A DNA stretch of 64,000 bases from Gemmatimonadota bacterium. Lineage in GTDB: Bacteria > Gemmatimonadota > Gemmatimonadetes > Palauibacterales > Palauibacteraceae. The notes under the pieces are model-generated. The model worked only from the letters and a program-made list of their open reading frames with translations. It made no database searches and was not told the DNA's origin. Where the stretch lies: NCBI GenBank assembly GCA_965116475.1, contig OZ220691.1:2208001-2272000 (forward strand), written 5' to 3'. This document shows, piece by piece, positions 9,852 to 19,834 of this stretch (positions are counted from its first letter, which is position 1; every line of letters begins with the position of its first letter). Position numbers and translations under genes: made by a program.

Positions 9852-11975
9852 ATGCGCGTTCGCAACGCTCGACCGATCCTCTCCATCCCCCTCACCGTGC
9901 TCCTCGCGGCGCCTGGACTCGTGGCGCAGGAGGGGCGGCCGCTCGAACTGGCGGACTACTACCGGCTGAAGAACGCGGGGAGCCCGGCCCTCTCGCCCGA
10001 TGGGTCGCGCGTCGCCTACGTCGTGACGTCGGTCCTCGAGGAGGAGAACCGGCGCCACAGCGAGATCCGGCTCGTGGACGCGGACGGTTCCGGGGAGGCC
10101 ACGCGGGTGACGAGCCCGAGCTTCAGCGCTTCCTCGCCCCGCTGGAGCCCGGACGGCCGCTATCTCGTCTTCACGTCGAACCGGCCGGAGCCGGGCGGGT
10201 CGGGCGCCGGGAGCACGTGGTTCCTCCGCATGGACCGGCCGGCCGGCGAGGCGTTCCGGCTCGAGGGGCTGCGAGGCTCTCCCGTCTTCAGCCCGGACGG
10301 CCGCTGGATCGCGTTCACGCGGCCGACGCCGCCTCCGCCTCCGCCGGAGCCCGTCTGGGAGTCCGACTTCGAGCGCCGCACCGTGGAGAGGTTCGACGGC
10401 CGCGAGTACGACTGGATGAACTACCGCTTCGACCGGCGGGGCTACCTCCCCGACCCGCGCGACCCGAACGCGACGCCTCCCCGCGAAGTGTACCTGCTGC
10501 CGGCCGAGGGAGGAGAAGCGCGGCAGCTCACGGAACTCGGCTTCGACGCCTCCGGGCTCGCCTGGAGTCCCGATGGCCGGCGGCTCGCGTTCACCGCGGA
10601 CGCGCACCAGCGCGATGAACACTCGTACGAGCGGTCGGATCTCTGGGTCGTCGACCTCGACGGCGAGGTGAGCCGGCTCACCGACGACGGATACAACTAC
10701 TCCTCCCCGGCCTGGTCCGCCGACGGAGCGCGACTCGTCGTTCGGGGCAACGAGGGCCTGGACATCATCATCCGCGAGGCCCGCGACCGCGGGGCGCCCA
10801 ACGACCTCTTCGTGTTCGACGCGGCGAACGGGACGCGGCTCCGCAACCTCACCGCGGATTGGGACCTCATCCCCGGCGGTCCCACCGTGAGCGCGGACGG
10901 CGGGCACGTCTACTTCTCGGCGGGCATTCGCGGCAACACGCATCTCTTCCGCGTCGCCGAGGGAGGGGGAGCGGTCGAGCAGGTGACGACGGGGGACCGC
11001 CGGCTCGGGAACTTCTCCTTCTCGGGGGATTTCTCCCGCGTCGCCTTCCGGGCCACCGCGCCGACGGAACCGGGCGATGTCTGGATCGCGGATGTGGGCG
11101 CCGACGCGGACGCCGGGATGGACAGCGAGGTGCGGCTGAGCGAGGTGAATCGCGACCTGCTCGCCGGGATCGCGCTGTCCAGCCCGGAGCGCCTCTCGTT
11201 CCGGAGTCCCGACGGGACCGCGGTCGAAGGCTGGATGCTCCCGGCACGAGGCTACGCCGCCGGGCAGGGCGGATTCCCGCTGGTCCTGCAGATGCACGGC
11301 GGACCGCACGGGGCCTACGGCAACACCTTCTCGTTCGACCAGCAGCTCCTGGCGGCGCAGGGCTACATGGTGCTGTTCACGAACCCGCGCGCCTCGACGG
11401 GATACGGCGAGGACTTCCGCTGGGGGACGTGGGGCGGCTGGGGCTTCAACGACTACGACGACGTGATGGCGGGCGTCGACCACGCGCTCGAACGCTACGA
11501 GATCGACACCGCGCGCATGGGCGTCACCGGCTACTCCTACGGGGGGTTCCTCACGAACTGGGTCATAACGCAGACCGACCGTTTCGCCGCCGCCGTCGCC
11601 GGGGCTTCGATCTCCAACTGGGTCAGCGACTACGCCGTGGCGGATATTCCCCGCACGAAGGAAAGCGAATTCTTCGGGCCGCCGTGGGAGGAGCGCGGGC
11701 TCGAGCACCTGATGCGCTCCTCGCCCATCATCCACGCGAAGGGCGTGTCGACGCCGACCCTCTTCGTCCACGGAGAATCGGACCACCGGGTGCCGATCGA
11801 GGAGGCCGAGCAGATGTACGTGGCGCTCCGGAAGCAGCAGGTGCCGGCGAAGTTCGTGCGCTATCCCGACTCCTACCACGGGGGATGGACGCCGTGGCGC
11901 ATGGTGCACCGGATGTGGGTCCAACTCGAATGGTGGGAGCAGTGGCTCCGTCCCGCCGCGACGTCCGACCAATGA
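9852..11975 (+). CDS. S9 family peptidase (acylaminoacyl-peptidase-like, secreted)
   Basis: PD40/WSPDG repeats, HGGPH, GYSYGG nucleophile, DHRVP, catalytic His (SYHG); RBS GGAGG. Confidence 0.93.
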   Translation: MRVRNARPILSIPLTVLLAAPGLVAQEGRPLELADYYRLKNAGSPALSPDGSRVAYVVTSVLEEENRRHSEIRLVDADGSGEATRVTSPSFSASSPRWSPDGRYLVFTSNRPEPGGSGAGSTWFLRMDRPAGEAFRLEGLRGSPVFSPDGRWIAFTRPTPPPPPPEPVWESDFERRTVERFDGREYDWMNYRFDRRGYLPDPRDPNATPPREVYLLPAEGGEARQLTELGFDASGLAWSPDGRRLAFTADAHQRDEHSYERSDLWVVDLDGEVSRLTDDGYNYSSPAWSADGARLVVRGNEGLDIIIREARDRGAPNDLFVFDAANGTRLRNLTADWDLIPGGPTVSADGGHVYFSAGIRGNTHLFRVAEGGGAVEQVTTGDRRLGNFSFSGDFSRVAFRATAPTEPGDVWIADVGADADAGMDSEVRLSEVNRDLLAGIALSSPERLSFRSPDGTAVEGWMLPARGYAAGQGGFPLVLQMHGGPHGAYGNTFSFDQQLLAAQGYMVLFTNPRASTGYGEDFRWGTWGGWGFNDYDDVMAGVDHALERYEIDTARMGVTGYSYGGFLTNWVITQTDRFAAAVAGASISNWVSDYAVADIPRTKESEFFGPPWEERGLEHLMRSSPIIHAKGVSTPTLFVHGESDHRVPIEEAEQMYVALRKQQVPAKFVRYPDSYHGGWTPWRMVHRMWVQLEWWEQWLRPAATSDQ

Positions 11976-13759
11976 GCCGATCAATGAGCCGATCCGTGCG
12001 TGGCCGCCCGCGTGCCTGCCTGGCTCTTCTCCTCGTCCTGGCGGCGTGCGAGGCGCAGCCGGATCTGTCGCCGGAGCGCTGGGCCGCCGACTACGAGCGG
12101 TTCATGGAGGCGCAACTCGTGGACCGGACGGAAGCCGGCGTCGCCACGGGCGAAAACGGCGCGGTCACCGTCGCGTACAACGGGCTCGCGGCGCGCGCCG
12201 GACTGGAGGCGCTGCAGCAGGGCGGGAACGCGATCGACGCGGCGATGACGACCGCGCTCATGCAGGTCGCGCTCACCGCCGGCGCGCCGATCAGCTACTT
12301 CGGCATCCTGTCGCTCGTCTACTACGACGCGGGCACGGACCGGGTCCATACGATGAACGCCGAGTGGAACACGGTGCTGGGAGAGGACGATCCGGCGAAC
12401 ATCCCCGGCGGGGTCGATCTCTCGTCTCCCGACGGCATCTACGGCACCGACGTGAGCGGGCGCACGGCGCTCGTGGGCGGGTTCATGAAGGGCGTCGGGG
12501 CCGCGCACGAACGGTTTGGACGGCTGCCGTGGGCGGAGATCTTCAAGCCCTCGATCCATGTCGCCGAGCGGGGCTTTCCCATCTCGAAGAAGGTGCAGGG
12601 CTACTGGGAGGGGCGGGCCGCGGACCTCGCCCGCCTTCCGGAGACGAAGGCGACCTTCCTGAAGGAGGACGGCTCTCCCTACGTCGAGGGGGACGTGCTG
12701 CGCCAGCCCGCGCTGGCGGCGACGCTGCGCGCGGTGGCGGAGCAGGGGACCGGCTACATGTACGGCGGCCCGTGGGCCGAGAAGGCGGCGGCCGCGATCC
12801 AGGCGGACGGGGGCCGGATGACGGTCGAGGACCTCGCGGCCTACGACGTCATCTGGGACGAGCCGCTCGTGGCGGGCCTCGGGGACGGCTGGGAGCTGTA
12901 CACGAACCCTCCGCCGAACAGTGGCGGGGTGGCGATGATCGAGGCGCAGCGGCTCGCGGCGGCTTCCGGGCTGCTGGCGGAGGGCCACTGGACGGAATCG
13001 CCGCAGGCCCTGCGGACCGCGCTCGACGTGACCCGCGCCTCGCTGCTCGACTTCCTGCCGCCCGAACTGGCCGCGTCGCTCGTCGGCGGCGAGTTCACGC
13101 CGGCCGCGCGCGTCACGCCGGACCACGCCGACCGGCTCTGGAATGTCATCCAGGCCGGCCTGCCCTTCGGCAACTGGGCGCCTCGCGGCCCCGGCCACTC
13201 CGACGACGTCGTGGCCATCGACGGCGAGGGCAACATCGCCGCGATCACGCACAGCATCAACGCGGTTCTGTGGGGCAAGACCGCCATCGTCGTGGACGGG
13301 ATCACGATCGGCGATCCGGCGTCCTTCCAGCAGGCGCAGATCGCCCGCCTCGAGCCGGGATCGCGGCTCCCGGCGCCCACGCAGACCGGGATCCTGTTCC
13401 GCGACGGGCGGCCCGTGCTCGGCTTCGCGTCGATGGGGTCCGGCCTCCACCACCGGACCTTCCAGGGGCTGCTGAACGTGATGCGGTTCGGCATGACCGT
13501 GGACGAGGCGATCGATACGCCCGACTTCTTCATGCCGAACTCGGATCCGGCGACCGGCGCCCTCACGTTCCGCGTTCCGGGCGGGAAGTTCCCCCGGGAA
13601 GTCCTCGACGGGACGGGATACGCGTACGAGGAGATCTACCCGATGGAAGCCCGCTTCGGCGGCGAAGGGTTGTGGGTCGCGATCCAGCGCGATCCGGAGA
13701 CGGGCGAACTGCGGGCGGCGTCCCACAACCGTAACAACAGCGCCGCGGTGGCGTGGTGA
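11972..13759 (+). CDS. ggt: Gamma-glutamyltransferase-family Ntn hydrolase (lipoprotein)
   Basis: GGNAIDAA, RFGRLPW, QPALAATL, PPNSGG. Cleavage-site region is HSDDVVAID (Ser variant). Confidence 0.85.
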   Translation: MSRSMSRSVRGRPRACLALLLVLAACEAQPDLSPERWAADYERFMEAQLVDRTEAGVATGENGAVTVAYNGLAARAGLEALQQGGNAIDAAMTTALMQVALTAGAPISYFGILSLVYYDAGTDRVHTMNAEWNTVLGEDDPANIPGGVDLSSPDGIYGTDVSGRTALVGGFMKGVGAAHERFGRLPWAEIFKPSIHVAERGFPISKKVQGYWEGRAADLARLPETKATFLKEDGSPYVEGDVLRQPALAATLRAVAEQGTGYMYGGPWAEKAAAAIQADGGRMTVEDLAAYDVIWDEPLVAGLGDGWELYTNPPPNSGGVAMIEAQRLAAASGLLAEGHWTESPQALRTALDVTRASLLDFLPPELAASLVGGEFTPAARVTPDHADRLWNVIQAGLPFGNWAPRGPGHSDDVVAIDGEGNIAAITHSINAVLWGKTAIVVDGITIGDPASFQQAQIARLEPGSRLPAPTQTGILFRDGRPVLGFASMGSGLHHRTFQGLLNVMRFGMTVDEAIDTPDFFMPNSDPATGALTFRVPGGKFPREVLDGTGYAYEEIYPMEARFGGEGLWVAIQRDPETGELRAASHNRNNSAAVAW

Positions 13760-14970
13760 GGCCGCGCGCGCGGACTCCCGCGGTGGGTGTACTGGCGGCG
13801 GCGCTCCTCGCCGCCTGCGCGACGGGGCGCGGTCCGCCGGCGACCCCATCGGCTCCGATGGCGCCCCCCAACGCATCTCCACCCGCGTCCGCCGCGGCGA
13901 CGCCGTCCGCCGCCCAGGCGTCTTCGGCCGAAACCGGCGCTCCGGTGCCGGCGACGACCGCCGGCCCGCCGTCCGGAACGGCGCGCTTCAACGACTCCCA
14001 CTTCCACCTTCTGAACTACATCCAGCGGGGTCCGACGGCGCGCGAGTTCCTGGACATGACCGCCGGGCGGGTGGGTCGCGTGGCCATGTTCGGGATCCCG
14101 CTGCAGCAGAAGTGGGACTACTTCCTGTCGGGCGACCACGCGCCCGACTACTACCTGAGCACGAACGCCGACCTGTACTACTACTCGTTCGTGGACGCCG
14201 TGATCGCGCAGGAATACCTGTCGCTGCCCGAGGAGGATCGCCGCCGCGTCGACCCCATGATCACCGGCTTCAACCCGACGGACATGTACGCCTCCGACCA
14301 CATCGAGCGCGTCCTGCTCACCTTCCCCGGCGTGTTCGCCGGCATCGGCGAGTTCACCATCCACAAGGAGTTCGTGTCGTCCAAGGTCTCCGGGCACGCG
14401 GCGAGCCTGCGCAATCCCGCCCTCGACCGGATCCTGGCCACGGCGGCGGAGATCGGCCTCGTCGTCATCTTCCACAACGACATCGACCACGTCCGATCGA
14501 GCGACCCGCCGCATCACACGGAGGAGGTGCTGGACCTGTTCGCCCGCCACGCGGAGACGACGATCATCTGGGCCCACACCGGCCTGGGCCGCTTCGTCGG
14601 GCCTTCGGAAGGGCACGTCGCGTGGCTCGAGGGCTGGCTGTCCGACCCGCGCTACGACCACGTGGCGCTCGACATCTCGTGGGATGAAGTGGCGAAGTAC
14701 GTCGTGGACGACGACGCGAGCGCCGATGCGTGGGCGACCATGATCGGCCGGCACCCGACGCGGTTCCTGTTCGGCACCGACGCCGTGGCCCCCGCCGACT
14801 GGGAGAGCTACGTCGCCAACTACACGGTCTACGATCCGCTGTGGGAACGGCTCGATCCCGCGGTCCGCGCCCAGGTCGAACGGCTCAACTACGAACGCAT
14901 CTTCGACGCCGCCATCCCCCGCGTCCGCGCCTGGGAAGCGCGCCAACGGCTTGGCCGTACCGGAGGCTGA
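13753..14970 (+). CDS. Amidohydrolase-family (TIM-barrel, metal-dependent) lipoprotein
   Basis: DSHFH (HxH), GIGEF, WAHTG, RFLFGTD; lipobox LAAC with Pro/Ala linker. Confidence 0.8.
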   Translation: MVRPRARTPAVGVLAAALLAACATGRGPPATPSAPMAPPNASPPASAAATPSAAQASSAETGAPVPATTAGPPSGTARFNDSHFHLLNYIQRGPTAREFLDMTAGRVGRVAMFGIPLQQKWDYFLSGDHAPDYYLSTNADLYYYSFVDAVIAQEYLSLPEEDRRRVDPMITGFNPTDMYASDHIERVLLTFPGVFAGIGEFTIHKEFVSSKVSGHAASLRNPALDRILATAAEIGLVVIFHNDIDHVRSSDPPHHTEEVLDLFARHAETTIIWAHTGLGRFVGPSEGHVAWLEGWLSDPRYDHVALDISWDEVAKYVVDDDASADAWATMIGRHPTRFLFGTDAVAPADWESYVANYTVYDPLWERLDPAVRAQVERLNYERIFDAAIPRVRAWEARQRLGRTGG

Positions 14971-15015
14971 GCCCCAGATTCGATCCTCGTGCTCGGGCCC
15001 TGAATCAGGGGCTAC
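14970..15015. repeat. Imperfect inverted repeat / GTAG-type REP-like hairpin
   Basis: AGCCCCAGATTC (14970-81) pairs with GAATCAGGGGCT (15002-13), 1 mismatch; ends in CTAC (GTAG on the minus strand). Confidence 0.5.
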
Positions 15016-15091
15016 GCTACACCCACCGCCTTGACGGGCGGCGTTCCGCACGTTTCATTTCGGCATCGATAATTCCGATTTGCGACGCAAA

Positions 15092-16249
15092 ATGGAACTT
15101 GTACGTCGATTTTTCGAGATTCCGGGGCAGAGCTTCTTCCTGTTCGGTCCGCGCGGCACCGGCAAGTCCACGTGGCTGCGGGAACAGTTGCCGGACGCGC
15201 TGTACCTGGATCTCCTCGAACCCGCTCTGCACCGCCGGTTGAGCGCCCGTCCCGAGCGTCTTCGGGAAGCTCTCGCGGGCTCCCCCCGCAGCGCGAACGT
15301 CGTCATCGACGAAATCCAGCGCACGCCGGAATTGCTGACCGTGGTGCATGCCATCCTTGAGGAACCGTCGCCGCCGCGCTTCGCTCTTACCGGATCGAGC
15401 GCCCGCAAGCTCCGCAGGGGAGGCGTCGACTTGCTGGGTGGCCGCGCACTGAACCGGACGCTGCATCCCTTCATGGCGTCGGAACTGCCCGATTTCAGTC
15501 TGGAACGGGCGCTGACCCTCGGGCTCCTGCCCCTCGTGCTCGATGCGGGTGACCCCGAGGGTGTCCTTGACGCGTACGCGAGCCTCTATCTCGAGCAGGA
15601 AGTCACGGCAGAGGGCCTGACGCGGAACGTCGGGCAGTTCGCGCGGTTTCTGGAAGCCGTCAGCTTCTCGCACGCCTCGCAACTCAACGCTGCGGCTGTC
15701 GCCCGCGAATGCGAAGTCCCGCGCCGGGTCGTCTCCTCCTACATCGGTATCCTCGAGGACCTGCTCCTCTCGTTCCGTCTTCCCGTGTTTCGGAAGCGCG
15801 CCAAACGCGCGACTGTGACGCGGGAGAAATTCTACCTGTTCGACGCGGGCGTCTTCAGATCGCTGCGACCCCGGGGACCCCTCGACCGGCCCGAGGAGAT
15901 CGACGGGCAGACGCTGGAGGGTCTCGTCGCTCAACATCTGCGTGCGTGGTCGGCGTACTCCGGATTCGACGCCCGCATCATGTTCTGGCGGACGCGAGGC
16001 GGGTCCGAGGTAGATTTCGTTGTCTACGGAGACAGTGGATTGCATGCGTTCGAAGTGAAGAACACGGGCCGGGTCGACTCGGCGGATCTGCGGGCGCTGA
16101 GGACCTTCCGGCAGGACTACCCGGAGGCGGAGGCGGCCGTCCTCTACCGGGGTCGGGAGCGTCTGAAGATGGGGGACATCTGGTGTCTCCCGGTCGACGA
16201 CTTCCTTCGCCAACTCGTGCCCGATCGGGCGCCGCTGGCGTGGCTGTGA
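15092..16249 (+). CDS. AAA_14 + DUF4143 ATP-binding protein
   Basis: Walker A GPRGTGKS, Walker B VIDEIQ, LTGSS, KFYLFDAG, C-terminal EVDFVV...FEVK (PD-(D/E)xK-like). Confidence 0.92.
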   Translation: MELVRRFFEIPGQSFFLFGPRGTGKSTWLREQLPDALYLDLLEPALHRRLSARPERLREALAGSPRSANVVIDEIQRTPELLTVVHAILEEPSPPRFALTGSSARKLRRGGVDLLGGRALNRTLHPFMASELPDFSLERALTLGLLPLVLDAGDPEGVLDAYASLYLEQEVTAEGLTRNVGQFARFLEAVSFSHASQLNAAAVARECEVPRRVVSSYIGILEDLLLSFRLPVFRKRAKRATVTREKFYLFDAGVFRSLRPRGPLDRPEEIDGQTLEGLVAQHLRAWSAYSGFDARIMFWRTRGGSEVDFVVYGDSGLHAFEVKNTGRVDSADLRALRTFRQDYPEAEAAVLYRGRERLKMGDIWCLPVDDFLRQLVPDRAPLAWL

Positions 16250-16521
16250 AGAGAGGGGGCCGCTGGCGGCGTCGGCTTCGGGCGGCGCGCGACATTTACG
16301 AGGGGCTGTACATCGCCCCGTATCGCGCGACGATCCACCGCGAGTACCTGCGGCAGCACGACGCGTTCATGCTGATGGGTTTCTCCGACCTGCTCGGCGT
16401 GCCCAACCCCGTCCAGTTCTACATGCTCGAGCTGTATCCGTCGCTTATCGAGGAGTTTCACGAGTGGCATGTGCGGGTCGGGATGGAGCGCGGGCCGGAG
16501 GGCGGCTTCCGCTGTTGCTGA
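16246..16521 (+). CDS. Small CstA-associated 'cory-CC-star'-type protein (ends Cys-Cys-stop)
   Basis: GTGA overlap; DAFMLMGFSDLLGVPNP..YMLELYP...FHEWH...GM...GGFRCC*; adjacent to ArsA and CstA. Confidence 0.8.
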   Translation: MKRGGRWRRRLRAARDIYEGLYIAPYRATIHREYLRQHDAFMLMGFSDLLGVPNPVQFYMLELYPSLIEEFHEWHVRVGMERGPEGGFRCC

Positions 16522-17573
16522 ACGACGACGGTTCCGGGCGGAACGCGACGCCGTCCGGGGCGTCGCCCGGGCCCGGGCGCGCTCCGCTGCCGTTCCCGGA
16601 CCGGCCGGTCCTCTTCTTCGGCGGCAAGGGTGGGGTGGGGAAGACGACCATGGCCGCCGTGGCCGCGCTCGACATGGCCTCGCGCGGGCGCCGAACCCTC
16701 CTCGTGTCCACGGACCCGGCGCACTCCACCGGGGACGTGCTCCAGGCGAAGCTGGGGGACCGGCCGCGGCAGGTGGCCGAGGGGTGCTGGGCCATGGAGG
16801 TCGATCCGGAGCGGGAGGCGGACCGCTACATCGAGGCCGTCAAGTCGCGCGTGGAGTCGGCCGCGCCCCCGCGGCTCCTGGGCGAGGTCTACCGGCAGAT
16901 CGACATCGCGCGCGTCTCTCCCGGGGCCGTGGAGTCGGCCCTCTTCGACCGCTTCACGCAGATCCTCGACGACGAAGGGGAGGCCTACGACCGGATCGTG
17001 TTCGACACGGCGCCCACCGGCCAGACGCTGCGGCTGCTCTCGCTGCCGGAGCTGATGACGACGTGGATCGGCGGGCTCATCAAGCGCCGGCGGAAGGTGG
17101 GCGCCCTCTCACGGATGTGGAAGAACGTGGCCGGGTCCGAGGCGGCCGATCTCGATAACGATCCTCTCCTGCGGGCGCTCGAGGAACGCCGGGACCGCTT
17201 TCAGGAGGCGCGCCGCATCCTCACCGACCCCCGCCGGACGGCGTTCGTGTTCGTCGTGATCCCCGAACGCCTGCCGATCTGGGAGACGGAGAAGGCGGTC
17301 GAGGCCCTCTCGAAGCATGACGTCCCGGTGGGGGCCATCGTCGTGAACCTCGTGCTTCCGGAGCGCGGCGCCGGCGCGGCGGAGGACCCGTTCCTCGCCG
17401 CCAGGCGCGAACGCCAGGCCGCCTATCTTGCGAGGATCTCACAGTCTCTCGGAGATTGGCCTGTCCTCCGCGTCGCCCTCCAGGACGCCGATCCCGTGGG
17501 GGTGGACGCACTTGGGCGGATTCCCGTACTCGACACTGCCGTACTCGATACGACGGAGGAGGTTGTCCGATGA
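16515..17573 (+). CDS. ArsA/GET3-family ATPase (single domain)
   Basis: GGKGGVGKTT, STDPAHS, DTAPTG, VVIPERLP. Start approximate (TTG 16515). Confidence 0.92.
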   Translation: MLNDDGSGRNATPSGASPGPGRAPLPFPDRPVLFFGGKGGVGKTTMAAVAALDMASRGRRTLLVSTDPAHSTGDVLQAKLGDRPRQVAEGCWAMEVDPEREADRYIEAVKSRVESAAPPRLLGEVYRQIDIARVSPGAVESALFDRFTQILDDEGEAYDRIVFDTAPTGQTLRLLSLPELMTTWIGGLIKRRRKVGALSRMWKNVAGSEAADLDNDPLLRALEERRDRFQEARRILTDPRRTAFVFVVIPERLPIWETEKAVEALSKHDVPVGAIVVNLVLPERGAGAAEDPFLAARRERQAAYLARISQSLGDWPVLRVALQDADPVGVDALGRIPVLDTAVLDTTEEVVR

Positions 17574-19342
17574 GCGCGATCGTCCTGCTGGTGATTGGTC
17601 TGTCGGCCTTCCTCACGGGAGTCCTCCTCTACTCGCGCTTCATCGCGGGCAAGATCTTCAGGCTCGACCCCGATTTCGTCACGCCGGCGCACGAGTTCCG
17701 GGACGGCGTCGACTACGTGCCGACGAACAAGCACGTGCTGTTCGGGCACCATTTCACTTCGGTGGCGGGGGCGGCGCCGATCGTGGGCCCGGCGATCGCG
17801 GTCATCTGGGGCTGGCTGCCGGCCTTCCTGTGGGTCGTGCTCGGGACGGTGTTCGCCGGGGCGGTACACGACTTCAGCGCCCTGTGGATCTCGAACCGCC
17901 ACAAGGGCCGCTCGATCGGGACGCTGACCGAGTCGATCCTCGGCCAGCGCGCCCGCGTCCTCTTCCTCCTCATCATCTTCTTCCTGCTCCTGATGGTGAA
18001 CGCGGTGTTCGCCGTCATCATCGCGAACCTGTTCATGGCCAACCCCGGCGCCGTCGTCCCGGTATGGGGATCGCTCGTCGTGGCGCTCATCGTCGGCTTC
18101 CTCATCTACCGGACGGGGACGGGGATCCTCATCCCCTCGCTGGGGGCGCTGGCCACCCTGTACGTGCTCATCTGGTTCGGGCAGGACATGCCGTTCACCC
18201 TGCCCGACTTCATCGGATTCAGCCCGACCGAGGCGCAACTGGCCGCGGCGGGAGGGGACGCGGCCGTGGCCGGGGAGGCGGCGACTGCGGACGGGCGGCG
18301 CGTGGGGTGGATCATCATTCTCTTCGCCTACACCTTCGTGGCCTCCGTCCTGCCCGTGTGGCTGCTCCTGCAGCCGCGCGACTACGTGAACGGGCACCAG
18401 CTCTTCGTCGCGCTCGGGCTCATCAGCCTCGCAGTCATCGTCGTGAACCCGGAAGTCGTGGCCCCGCCGGTCAACACGAACCTGTCCGCGGATACGCCGA
18501 ACTGGCTGCCGATCCTCTTCATCACCATCGCGTGCGGCGCGATCAGCGGCTTCCACGGCCTCGTGGCATCCGGCACGTCATCGAAACAGCTCTCGAACGA
18601 GACGGAGGCCCGCTACGTGGGCTACGGCGGCGCCATCGGCGAGGGCTCGCTTGCCCTCACGTCGATCATCGCGTGTACGGCGGGCTTCGCCATCTACCTC
18701 AGCCGGGACGTGGGTGCTGCGCAGGGGCTCGTCCTTTGGCAGGAGCACTACGGGAGTTGGCAGGGAGCGATCAGCGGGGCCACGACCGCCTTCGTCAACG
18801 GGGTGGGCGTGCTCGCGGGCGGCCTGGGGATACCGGAGAGCGTGGCCGTGATCTTCGCGTCGGTCGTCGTGATCAGCTTCGCCGCGACGACGCTCGATAC
18901 CGCGATCCGGCTGCAGCGCTACATCATCAGCGAACTCGGCGTCGAGTACAAGGTGAAGGCGATCCAGAACCGCTGGGTCGCGACCGGCATCGCCGTCGCC
19001 AGCTGCGCGCTCCTCGCCCTCTCGGTGGACCGGGGCGCCGGCGGCATGATGATCTGGCCCCTGTTCGGCACGACGAACCAGCTCCTGGCCGGTCTCACTC
19101 TTCTGATCGTGTCACTCTACCTGATGCGGAAAGGACGCACGTATTGGGTGACGCTGGTCCCGATGTCGTTCCTGCTCCTGATGACGACGTGGGCCATGGT
19201 CATCAACCTCGGCGGCTTCTTCGGCACGAACCAGTGGATGCTGCTCGTGATCGGGGCCGCGATCTTCATCCTCGAGATCTGGCTCCTGCTGGAGGGCGCC
19301 GCCGCCATCCGGAGGGTCCGCGCGGGACGAGCTGCCACATAA
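17570..19342 (+). CDS. cstA: Carbon starvation protein A family transporter
   Basis: TPAHEFRDGVDYVP, GHHFTSVAGAAPIVGP, LLQPRDY, IACGAISGFH, TTLDTAIRL, WPLFGTTNQLLA. Confidence 0.95.
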   Translation: MSAIVLLVIGLSAFLTGVLLYSRFIAGKIFRLDPDFVTPAHEFRDGVDYVPTNKHVLFGHHFTSVAGAAPIVGPAIAVIWGWLPAFLWVVLGTVFAGAVHDFSALWISNRHKGRSIGTLTESILGQRARVLFLLIIFFLLLMVNAVFAVIIANLFMANPGAVVPVWGSLVVALIVGFLIYRTGTGILIPSLGALATLYVLIWFGQDMPFTLPDFIGFSPTEAQLAAAGGDAAVAGEAATADGRRVGWIIILFAYTFVASVLPVWLLLQPRDYVNGHQLFVALGLISLAVIVVNPEVVAPPVNTNLSADTPNWLPILFITIACGAISGFHGLVASGTSSKQLSNETEARYVGYGGAIGEGSLALTSIIACTAGFAIYLSRDVGAAQGLVLWQEHYGSWQGAISGATTAFVNGVGVLAGGLGIPESVAVIFASVVVISFAATTLDTAIRLQRYIISELGVEYKVKAIQNRWVATGIAVASCALLALSVDRGAGGMMIWPLFGTTNQLLAGLTLLIVSLYLMRKGRTYWVTLVPMSFLLLMTTWAMVINLGGFFGTNQWMLLVIGAAIFILEIWLLLEGAAAIRRVRAGRAAT

Positions 19343-19393
19343 GGGACTCGGTGCTGAAGGGGGCACCGGTCTGGATGAGAGTGAGTCGGGCGC

Positions 19394-19834
19394 TCACTCC
19401 CCGGAAGGATCTGGCCCCGACCAGGGAGCGAGGAGCGGAATGGCTTGCCGCCGGTGGCGCCGGTAGACCCCGAAGTCGCGGTTGAGCGTGAACACGACGC
19501 TGCCGCGGTGAAGTTCGGACATGCGGACGAGACAGGCGTCGGCGAGCGACATGGGGACATCGCGATACTTTTCCATCAGGCCCCGGACCGGATCGATCTC
19601 CTCGGCGAGGGAAAAGGGGATGTCGAGGACGCCTCGGCGCACCAAATCCAGCACGTCCCCCTGGTTGCCGCGCCGGATTCGCCGTGCGAGAAAGCAGACC
19701 TCGGCGATCACCGCTTCGCAGATGAGGATGGGAGGCGCGAGAGCCTTCCACTGCCCAACGGCCCAATGGTGATGCGGATCATGCGAGTTCAGCGCGGCGA
19801 CCAGGGGACCCGTGTCCAGGACCACCGGTCGCAT
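19394..19834 (-). CDS. vapC: PIN-domain toxin (VapC)
   Basis: VVLDTGPLVA, EAVIAE, MSLADACLV, FTLNRDF; coupled to the upstream RHH gene. Confidence 0.9.
   Translation of the reverse strand: MRPVVLDTGPLVAALNSHDPHHHWAVGQWKALAPPILICEAVIAEVCFLARRIRRGNQGDVLDLVRRGVLDIPFSLAEEIDPVRGLMEKYRDVPMSLADACLVRMSELHRGSVVFTLNRDFGVYRRHRRQAIPLLAPWSGPDPSGE

Noticed and set aside
16513..16521. Selenocysteine read-through at CC-TGA
   Set aside because: Both Cys are standard codons, the TGA overlaps the next gene's start, and no SECIS is recognisable.
16515..17573. Arsenic-resistance operon
   Set aside because: Single-domain ArsA homolog with no arsB/acr3/arsC/arsR; the context is cstA.
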